Source: Chthoniobacteraceae bacterium (GTDB lineage: Bacteria; Verrucomicrobiota; Verrucomicrobiia; Chthoniobacterales; Chthoniobacteraceae). Taken from it: a DNA stretch of 10,465 nt. Position numbers and translations under genes: made by a program. Each line of letters opens with the position of its first letter. Position 1 is the stretch's first letter. Shown in pieces: positions 1 through 5,836 of this stretch. The notes beneath the pieces were generated by a model. It had not been told where the DNA came from. It ran no database searches and saw nothing but the letters and a program-made list of their open reading frames with translations. Location: NCBI GenBank assembly GCA_031409655.1, contig JANNXQ010000206.1, forward strand, positions 1 through 10,465. Direction: 5' to 3'.

Positions 1-312
1 GCCACCGGCACCGTGGGGGTCGATCTGGACCTCCAGTGCGTCGCCTGCCTCGAGCGTTTTCACTTTCCCCTGGAGGTCTCCGATTTCGCCTGTCAGATCG
101 ATCTCACCAGTTCGGAGACGGTGGACTTGACAGACCCGGTGAGGGAAGACATTTTGCTCGCCCTTCCGCCCCATCCGCACTGCGACTGGAACGGCGAGAG
201 AGTGTGCCAAGGCGCGACGATCCCTGCAAATCTGGGACCGACCGCCGACGAAACTCTCGAGTCGAAATCTGAAAAAGTGTGGGGTGCGCTCGACCAGCTT
301 AAATTGAAATAA
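1..312 (+). CDS. yceD: DUF177/YceD family protein (5'-truncated by window edge)
   Basis: Frame is open from base 1 (ATGTVGVDLDLQCVACLERF...). It has a CxxC, a VDLTDPVREDILLALP segment, C-terminal Cys residues and a W-x-ALDQLKL tail, and lies immediately upstream of rpmF, the canonical yceD-rpmF context. Confidence 0.88.
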   Translation, partial: ATGTVGVDLDLQCVACLERFHFPLEVSDFACQIDLTSSETVDLTDPVREDILLALPPHPHCDWNGERVCQGATIPANLGPTADETLESKSEKVWGALDQLKLK

Positions 313-322
313 CGATACCGAT

Positions 323-502
323 ATGGGAGTTCCAAAACGCAAGATGTCCAAGATGCGGCTGCGCACGCGCAAAGCCGCCAATCGCTGGCACGCACCGAAG
401 CTCAACAAGTGCGGCCAGTGCGGCAGCACCGTGCCCTCGCACATCGTCTGCCCGTCCTGCGGCTACTACAAGGGACGCCAGGTGCTGACGATCGAGACCT
501 AG
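323..502 (+). CDS. rpmF: 50S ribosomal protein L32 (zinc-ribbon, 4-Cys type), 59 aa; absent from the supplied ORF track
   Basis: Manual translation ATG323-TAG502: MGVPKRKMSKMRLRTRKAANRWHAPKLNKCGQCGSTVPSHIVCPSCGYYKGRQVLTIET. Has the VPKRK start, CxxC...H..CxxCGYYKGRQV, and sits between yceD and plsX. Confidence 0.98.
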   Translation: MGVPKRKMSKMRLRTRKAANRWHAPKLNKCGQCGSTVPSHIVCPSCGYYKGRQVLTIET

Positions 503-520
503 AACCGGCGGGGCCGGATC

Positions 521-662
521 TTCGAAGCTCGGAGCCCGACGCTCGAAACCAAACACGACGAGCGTGAGATGAGGGGAAACGAGAGGATTGCGCTTCCGTC
601 TCCCGGGCCTTTTTCCATGCATCTGAAGCTGTTGCGGATTTCGAGCTTCGAGTTGCGGATTT
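521..662. repeat. Two degenerate heptamer arrays in inverted orientation in the rpmF-plsX spacer
   Basis: 521-548: TTCGAAG CTCGGAG CCCGACG CTCGAAA. 632-659: TTGCGGA TTTCGAG CTTCGAG TTGCGGA. 522-531 TCGAAGCTCG is the exact reverse complement of 642-651. GTTGCGGATTT repeats at 631 and 652 (period 21). Confidence 0.65.
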
Positions 663-669
663 TCATCGG

Positions 670-1692
670 ATGAGGATCGCGCTCGACGCCATGGGCCACG
701 ATGAGGGGCCGGCAAAATTGGTCGCCGGCGCCGCGCTTGCCCTCCACGATTTCCCGGACATCACCAAGCTCTTCCTCACCGGCGATACGCCGCAGCTCGA
801 GGCGGAGTTAAAACGCATCCGTTGCAACGACGGGCGCGTCCACATCGTCCACTCGACCCAGGTCGTGGAGATGAGCGACAGCGCGCTCGATGCCGTGCGG
901 CGCAAGAAAGACTCCTCGATTAGTCGCGCCGTGGAACTCGTCAAGAATGGCGACGCGGATGCGGTGGTCAGCGCCGGGCACACGGGTGCGGCGGTGGCCG
1001 CGAGCACTATCAAACTGCGCACGCTGCCGGGCATCGACCGGCCGGGGATTGCCGCGACCATGCCGACGCAGACGAATCTTTTCGTCCTCATCGACGCCGG
1101 CGCGAACACCGACCCGACGCCGCAGCAGATGCTGCAAAATGCGATCATGGGCGGCGTCTATTCGCGCCACGTTCTCGGATATCAAAATCCGCGCGTTGGA
1201 CTGATGTCCATCGGCGCCGAAGACGAGAAGGGCAACGACTTCACCCGCGAGACCTTCGAGTTACTCAAAGCGAGCGGTCTGAATTTCCGGGGGAATATTG
1301 AAGGCCACGATCTTTTTGGCGATCCGGTGGAAGTCGTCGTCGCCGATGGCTTCACCGGCAACATCGTGCTGAAGACCAGTGAAGCACTCGCGCGTGCGAT
1401 CTTCGCCTGGCTGAAGCACGAAATCTACAAGAGCCCGATCACCAAGCTCGGCGCACTCCTCGCCAAACCGGCCTTTCGCACGATCAAAAAGAAGACGAGT
1501 TCCGACGAATACGGGGGCATGCCGCTGCTCGGCGTGAACGGCACCTGCATCATCGCGCACGGCGGCAGTTCGCCGATCGCGGTGAAGAACGCCATCCGCA
1601 TGGCCACGGAAGCGATCCGGCATGAGGTGAACCCGCACATCGTCGCGGCCATCCAAGCCGCGCTGCCGATCCGGGCCGCCGCGGAGCGCTAG
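670..1692 (+). CDS. plsX: Phosphate acyltransferase PlsX
   Basis: 340 aa with MRIALDAMG, KKDSS, VSAGHTGA, LPGIDRPG, LIDAGAN, GNIEG, VVADGFTGNIVLK, YGGMPLLGVNG and IAHGGS motifs; follows rpmF. Confidence 0.98.
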   Translation: MRIALDAMGHDEGPAKLVAGAALALHDFPDITKLFLTGDTPQLEAELKRIRCNDGRVHIVHSTQVVEMSDSALDAVRRKKDSSISRAVELVKNGDADAVVSAGHTGAAVAASTIKLRTLPGIDRPGIAATMPTQTNLFVLIDAGANTDPTPQQMLQNAIMGGVYSRHVLGYQNPRVGLMSIGAEDEKGNDFTRETFELLKASGLNFRGNIEGHDLFGDPVEVVVADGFTGNIVLKTSEALARAIFAWLKHEIYKSPITKLGALLAKPAFRTIKKKTSSDEYGGMPLLGVNGTCIIAHGGSSPIAVKNAIRMATEAIRHEVNPHIVAAIQAALPIRAAAER

Positions 1693-2306
1693 TCCTCGCC
1701 TTTCATGACGCGGAGTTCGGCCTGGTGCCGACCGAGGATGGCGAGGGTGAGAAGGCCCACGCCTTCGCTGCTCTTCCGGCCCGAAAGCTCGACCGGCACT
1801 TCGCCCGTCTCGCCATTGGTGGACTCGAGCGGGACGGTGAGGAGCAGCGTGGTGTCCTTGGCAAAAAGCACGAGTTCTGGGCTGCCGGCGGCACTTTTCC
1901 GGGCACCGACGTAGAAAAGAAGCACCTTGGCTTCCTTGCCATCGTCGGAAACCGCCACCGTGCGCACCTTGTCCGAGGCGAGCGCCTTCACTCCCGCCAC
2001 TAGGGTCAGCTTGCGCATCCAGAGCTGGCCGAGGGGCACGATCTCGGAACCCACGCTACTGATCGAAGCCGCACTCAATTTCCGATCCGGCATGAACAGA
2101 ATCCCGGCGTCTCCATCGACTTTCAGCAAGCAGGGTTTTTCCACATCGGCATCGATCACGAGCGGTGCATCGGTCGGGGTGCCGAGGGTCGTTTTGAGTT
2201 TCAGCGCGATTTTTTGCGCGGCTTCGAGATCGGCGGTTTCCTGCGCGGAAGCGGCAACGGTGAAGGTGAGCGTGAGGGCGAGGAGGGAACAGAGCGGGTA
2301 TTTCAT
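1689..2306 (-). CDS. Exported hypothetical protein (Sec signal peptide), 205 aa; probable ECF target
   Basis: N-terminus MKYPLCSLLALTLTFTVAASA-QE has a basic residue, hydrophobic core and AxA site. Composition is protein-like. Its stop overlaps the plsX stop (CTAG). Confidence 0.8.
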   Translation of the reverse strand: MKYPLCSLLALTLTFTVAASAQETADLEAAQKIALKLKTTLGTPTDAPLVIDADVEKPCLLKVDGDAGILFMPDRKLSAASISSVGSEIVPLGQLWMRKLTLVAGVKALASDKVRTVAVSDDGKEAKVLLFYVGARKSAAGSPELVLFAKDTTLLLTVPLESTNGETGEVPVELSGRKSSEGVGLLTLAILGRHQAELRVMKGED

Positions 2307-2315
2307 ATGGGAGAT

Positions 2316-2341
2316 AACGGCAGATGGGGCGCTACGGTTAC
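2316..2341 (-). promoter_or_regulatory. Putative ECF-sigma promoter GTAACC-N16-CGTT, 9 nt upstream of ATG2306
   Basis: Minus strand reads GTAACC gtagcgccccatctgc CGTT atctcccat ATG. It has identical boxes and spacing to the motif upstream of the sigma gene and fits the general ECF AAC/CGT architecture. Confidence 0.75.
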
Positions 2342-2748
2342 GGGTTAGCGGGTTTTTGCCGGGGCTCGACTTTCAGCATGTCCACGGTCGGCATGCCGCG
2401 CTCTTTTTTCAGCTTCGCAAATTCGGGCATTTGCTCGGGAGACATCTCCTTTTCCATTCCCGCGAGCATCCGGTCAAGGACCGGTGCGGTCTGCATCATG
2501 GTCTCGATGCGCAGTTGTTTCAGTTCGACGACGCCCCTGTCGAGGTGGGCCTGCACCGCCGTCTTCTGCTGCGGTGTGAGCTTGAGCCGGCGGTCGATGG
2601 TGCGCATCGCGCTCACATTCCACGCCTCGGGATTGCTCCGCTTGCGGACGATGGACTTGGCCCACTCGAAGCCGACGAAGCCGCCGGCGAGCCCGCTCGC
2701 GACGACGATGGCGAGCAGGAGCGAGGTGATTTTCCAGCGCGCCGTCAT
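2338..2748 (-). CDS. Membrane-anchored or periplasmic LTXXQ-motif protein (Spy/CpxP/periplasmic heavy-metal sensor-like), 136 aa
   Basis: True start is likely ATG2748 (ATGA overlap with the upstream stop). It has an N-terminal hydrophobic helix (ITSLLLAIVVASGLAGGFVGF), RLKLTPQQ and a degenerate second motif MSPEQ, and a helical Met-rich body. Third gene after sigma/anti-sigma. Confidence 0.8.
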   Translation of the reverse strand: MTARWKITSLLLAIVVASGLAGGFVGFEWAKSIVRKRSNPEAWNVSAMRTIDRRLKLTPQQKTAVQAHLDRGVVELKQLRIETMMQTAPVLDRMLAGMEKEMSPEQMPEFAKLKKERGMPTVDMLKVEPRQKPANP

Positions 2749-3041
2749 AGGAGCCAAAAAAGTTCCGGGATCGTATCCGCGACATCTGGAGCGAGCGCGT
2801 CGCCATCCGTGTCGAGCGTCACATGCATGGCGATGACCAGCGCCAGCGCAGTGGCGACTCCGCCGAGAACCCGCCACGCCAGACGCTGCCAGATCACCGC
2901 GAGCGGAAGTTCCCCACCCCCGCTGCGCCACTGCGCGACGACGCGGGTCGCAAAACCAAACGGCACGTCCTCCGATTCCGTGGCGTCCGCGCCACGCTGG
3001 GCGGCGGCCGCAAGTTTCCAACGACGATCAAACTCATTCAT
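2745..3041 (-). CDS. Putative anti-sigma factor, single TM, 98 aa
   Basis: Translationally coupled to the sigma (ATGA at 3038-3041). It has a cytoplasmic N-terminus with VPFGFATRVVAQW, a TM segment (LAWRVLGGVATALALVIAM) and a short acidic tail. Function is inferred from position and topology. Confidence 0.75.
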   Translation of the reverse strand: MNEFDRRWKLAAAAQRGADATESEDVPFGFATRVVAQWRSGGGELPLAVIWQRLAWRVLGGVATALALVIAMHVTLDTDGDALAPDVADTIPELFWLL

Positions 3042-3631
3042 AAGCGATTTTCCTTTTTCAAATGCAGCGCGTGCTTGCGCAATTTTTCCCGCGCACGGAA
3101 CGCGCGCACTTTCACTCGCGACGCCCCCCAGCCGGTGAGCGCGCAGATCTCGGCGACGGAGCGCTCCTCGAGATCGAGCAGCGCGATGACGAGCCGGTCC
3201 TCAGGGGCGAGCGCGTCGAGCAATTTACCGACAATCTCGCGCGCCCCCGCCACATCGCTCGGCGCAGCGGCCGGTTCTTCGCCGGTGAAAAATTCCACCC
3301 ACGCGCGCTCCCCTTCCCCGAGATCCGCCCAACGCCACTCCGGCCTGCGCTTCTCGGCGCGCAGCGCGTCGAGACACGTGGTCACCGCGATCCGCGAGAG
3401 CCAGTGTTCGAAGGGCACGCCATCGCGTCCGCGGTATTGATCGAGACGAGTGAACATTTTCAAAAAAATCTCCTGCGCGAGATCCTCCTCGGCCACCCGA
3501 CGCGTGCGGTGCGAGCGCACGATCTTGAGCACGAGCGGATGCAAGTGCTCGACGAGCGCCCGGGCCGAAGCGTCGTCGCCGCCACGCACGCGCTCGAGGC
3601 ACGCGGGGACATCAAGGGCAGCAGGGAGCAT
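3038..3631 (-). CDS. ECF-subfamily sigma-70 RNA polymerase sigma factor, about 197 aa
   Basis: Region 2: GDDASARALVEHLHPLV...EEDLAQEIFLKMFTRLDQY...FEHWLSRIAVTTCLDALR. Region 4: LDALAPEDRLVIALLDLEERSVAEICALTGWGASRVKVRAFRAREKLR. Start is ATG3631 (or GTG3637); the ORF extension to 4009 is spurious. Confidence 0.95.
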   Translation of the reverse strand: MLPAALDVPACLERVRGGDDASARALVEHLHPLVLKIVRSHRTRRVAEEDLAQEIFLKMFTRLDQYRGRDGVPFEHWLSRIAVTTCLDALRAEKRRPEWRWADLGEGERAWVEFFTGEEPAAAPSDVAGAREIVGKLLDALAPEDRLVIALLDLEERSVAEICALTGWGASRVKVRAFRAREKLRKHALHLKKENRL

Positions 3632-3644
3632 CGGCACATGGCAT
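3612..3644 (-). other. Candidate leaderless short ORF MPCADAPCCP* overlapping the sigma start out of frame
   Basis: ATG CCA TGT GCC GAT GCT CCC TGC TGC CCT TGA. The ATG lies 9 nt after the CGTT box, the same offset as the ATG at 2306. Translation is unproven. Confidence 0.35.
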
Positions 3645-3653
3645 CGTAGTGGA

Positions 3654-3679
3654 AACGCCGTGGACAGCGCGAAGGTTAC
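3654..3679 (-). promoter_or_regulatory. Putative autoregulatory ECF promoter GTAACC-N16-CGTT
   Basis: Minus strand reads GTAACC ttcgcgctgtccacgg CGTT tccactacg ATG, directly upstream of the ECF gene. ECF operons are commonly autoregulated. Confidence 0.8.
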
Positions 3680-3691
3680 GACCTTTGAGCG

Positions 3692-3721
3692 TGGCCAGAG
3701 TCCGTGGAGTCCGGGTAGCTT
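3692..3721 (+). promoter_or_regulatory. Possible housekeeping promoter (TGGCCA-N18-TAGCTT) giving a leaderless ferredoxin mRNA
   Basis: TAGCTT at 3716-3721 ends 6 nt before ATG3728; no Shine-Dalgarno is visible. Confidence 0.45.
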
Positions 3722-3727
3722 CCGGCG

Positions 3728-4084
3728 ATGAGCGATCCCCTCGAAGCCGGCCTCGCCAAGGCGGGCCTTGCCACAGCCCAGCGCCACCTTTTCCTCTGCA
3801 TCGGTCCCGACTGCTGCGACCCGCGGCAGGCCGAACTGCTTTGGGAGGTGGTCAAAAAACGCGTGCGCGAAACCGGCCTCGCCGCGATGCGCACGAAGGC
3901 CGCGTGCTTTCGCATCTGCACCGGCGGACCGTGGCTCGTGGTGTATCCCGACGGGGTCTGGTATGGCGGGGTGGATGCCGCGCGCTTTGAGCGGATCTTG
4001 CAGGAGCATTTGCTCGGCGGGACGCCGGTGCGGGAGTGGGTCGCGGCTCGATGCGCCTTCGCAGGTCCGTGTTCCCCCTCATAG
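3728..4084 (+). CDS. Thioredoxin-like [2Fe-2S] ferredoxin domain protein, 118 aa
   Basis: RHLFLC....CC...RTKAACFRICTGGPWLVVYPDGVWYGGV.....RILQEHLLGGTPV matches the TRX-like ferredoxin pattern (C...C...CxxxC-xx-GP-x-xVVYPxGxWY). Confidence 0.92.
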   Translation: MSDPLEAGLAKAGLATAQRHLFLCIGPDCCDPRQAELLWEVVKKRVRETGLAAMRTKAACFRICTGGPWLVVYPDGVWYGGVDAARFERILQEHLLGGTPVREWVAARCAFAGPCSPS

Positions 4085-4843
4085 CGATGCGCGCAGACTC
4101 GCGAGGCGCCGCGCGAGTTCCTGCCCTGGCAAAAAGGTCGTGCGCACCCCCCACCAGAGCCTGGCGATGCCCCGGGGAAGGATCAGCTTCGGGCGGAGGC
4201 GCACGACGATTTCGGGACGATCATACGCCGTGAGAAACGCCTGCGCATTGACCAGCCAGCGATCCGCGGCGATCCGTCCGACCATGTCTTGCAGGAAGAC
4301 GAGCAGGTCGTCCGCATGGCGCTCCTCCGCGCTCAGGCTCGGGTGGTGCATGACTTCGAAGTCGATGATGCGCGCGCGGCCCTCGGCTGGATCGTAAACG
4401 AAATTGCCGAGATGCGGATCACCGTGCGACCACGCCCCGCCGGCTTCCGCGCACTGCCATTCGTGGGCCCGCCGGAGTTCGCGCGCCGCCGCCGCGACCA
4501 TCGGCGGCTCCAAGGTTCCACCGTCGAGCGGCTCCGTCAGATTTATCCCCGGCACTTCATCCGCACCCACCGCGCGCGCGCCCTCGGCGAAAGCGCGAAA
4601 TCGCTCGCCATGAAAATGCTGAAAGCACTCGACCTCCCACCGCTGCCACTGCGCGAGGTTGGTGAGCGCTTGGACGGGATTTCCGGCGAGGCGAAAGAAG
4701 CAATTCGCGCCGGCCAGGATGGGGCCGGCACTGAGGCGGCGGCGCTTGATCCAGACTGGCCGGCCAGCACGCGACTCCCGGGTGAGCGAGTTGATCTTGA
4801 TGCGGTCCACGAGAGCACCGGCGACGGACAGGAGGCGAGTCAT
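4079..4843 (-). CDS. Protein-kinase-like (PKL fold) phosphotransferase, about 254 aa, substrate unknown
   Basis: Has VWIKRR (beta-3 Lys), WQRWE (helix C Glu candidate), catalytic loop SHGDPHLGNF, metal-binding IIDFE and a downstream ADDL. Start is most plausibly ATG4843. Confidence 0.8.
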   Translation of the reverse strand: MTRLLSVAGALVDRIKINSLTRESRAGRPVWIKRRRLSAGPILAGANCFFRLAGNPVQALTNLAQWQRWEVECFQHFHGERFRAFAEGARAVGADEVPGINLTEPLDGGTLEPPMVAAAARELRRAHEWQCAEAGGAWSHGDPHLGNFVYDPAEGRARIIDFEVMHHPSLSAEERHADDLLVFLQDMVGRIAADRWLVNAQAFLTAYDRPEIVVRLRPKLILPRGIARLWWGVRTTFLPGQELARRLASLRASL

Positions 4844-4954
4844 CGGCGGGCATGGTGCGCCGGCAGCGCCGCCCATCGCGAGCTTTCGCGGCGCAGCCGA
4901 ATGCCCTTCCGCAAAGGGCGATTCTGGAATTTTTCAGTGGCTGGGCAGTTCCAA

Positions 4955-4984
4955 TTGCCAAGCGCCGGGCTGCCCTGCTAGTCT
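4955..4984 (+). promoter_or_regulatory. Putative sigma-70 promoter TTGCCA-N18-TAGTCT with extended -10 (TGn)
   Basis: TTGCCA at 4955-4960 and TGC-TAGTCT at 4976-4984, ending 15 nt upstream of ATG5000. Confidence 0.55.
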
Positions 4985-4999
4985 CCCCGCCACTCTTGC

Positions 5000-5836
5000 A
5001 TGCGCCCCGCTCTCAGAGTCTCCAGCTTATCGTGCGCGATCCTCGCCTTGCTCTACCCGAGCCACCCCGCCTTCGCTGAAGTCGCGAAGGCCGGAAGCCA
5101 AGGCACCTTCTTCCGCCACCAGCTCAGCCTTCGTTCGGCCACTGACGTGGACGCCGTGACGAGCTTGCGACCGCCGCTTTCCAAAGACAGCACGGCTCGC
5201 CGCAGCGAACCGGAAATCCGCCGCGCCATCCCCATCCCCACCCGTCCGACGCTCCCTCCACGCCCCCTTCCGGAAATGCCCCGGCGGCTGCCTTCCGGCT
5301 CCTTACTGGAGCTCGGTGTCCAGCCCACCTCATTCACGCCGTACGACCGATACATGACCGACGCCCGCGATGTCCTCGAGCAGGCGGGCGGGCTTTCGCC
5401 GACTCTCGCCGCCGCCTGCCGGTTCGTCGAAGTCGGACGCGGCTTCCGCTATGTCTCATGCGATCCCTATCGCCCGAACTTGCCGGAGGTGACGGCCCAG
5501 CGGCGCTCGGGCGACTGCAAATCGAAAGCCCTCTGGCTCTACAAACAGCTCAACGATCCCGGCGCCCTCTACGTGATCGGCAAGGCGGAGAAACGCGCCA
5601 AGACCAGCCACGCCTGGATCTACTGGCGCCATCAAAATCGCTGGTGGATCCTCGACCCGACCACGCGCACGGCGCCCATCGCCGTCTCCTCGGTGCCCGA
5701 CGATCGCTACGTCCCCTACTACTCTTTCGGGCGTGACGGAGCCTACCGCCACAAGGCGACGCGCCTCTTCGGAGCGAAGGAAGAGACGCCTGCGGTGGCG
5801 CAGAAGCGGTTCCTTTTCTTCCCCGTCACCCGGTAG
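5000..5836 (+). CDS. Exported transglutaminase-like (Cys-His-Asp) domain protein with Pro-rich linker, 278 aa
   Basis: Signal peptide ends in PAFA-E and is followed by a Pro/Arg-rich linker. SGDCKSKALWL, SHAWIYW and WWILDPT give the transglutaminase-like triad. Confidence 0.85.
   Translation: MRPALRVSSLSCAILALLYPSHPAFAEVAKAGSQGTFFRHQLSLRSATDVDAVTSLRPPLSKDSTARRSEPEIRRAIPIPTRPTLPPRPLPEMPRRLPSGSLLELGVQPTSFTPYDRYMTDARDVLEQAGGLSPTLAAACRFVEVGRGFRYVSCDPYRPNLPEVTAQRRSGDCKSKALWLYKQLNDPGALYVIGKAEKRAKTSHAWIYWRHQNRWWILDPTTRTAPIAVSSVPDDRYVPYYSFGRDGAYRHKATRLFGAKEETPAVAQKRFLFFPVTR

Noticed and set aside
2749..3021. N-terminal extension of the 227-aa ORF
   Set aside because: It overlaps the anti-sigma gene in another frame; the ATGA coupling and hydrophobic helix support the start at 2748.
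1927..3138. 403-aa plus-strand ORF
   Set aside because: Antisense to four coherent minus-strand genes; low-information Ser/Ala/Arg-rich translation.
3632..4009. 126-aa N-terminal extension of the sigma ORF (323-aa call)
   Set aside because: It is antisense to the ferredoxin and runs through the ECF promoter; sigma homology begins near Met at 3631.
4877..4919. Two small hairpins (CGCGA-GCTT-TCGCG and GCCCTT-CCGCA-AAGGGC) in the divergent kinase/transglutaminase spacer as a riboswitch or ncRNA
   Set aside because: Short GC stems are expected by chance at this composition, and I recognised no riboswitch consensus.
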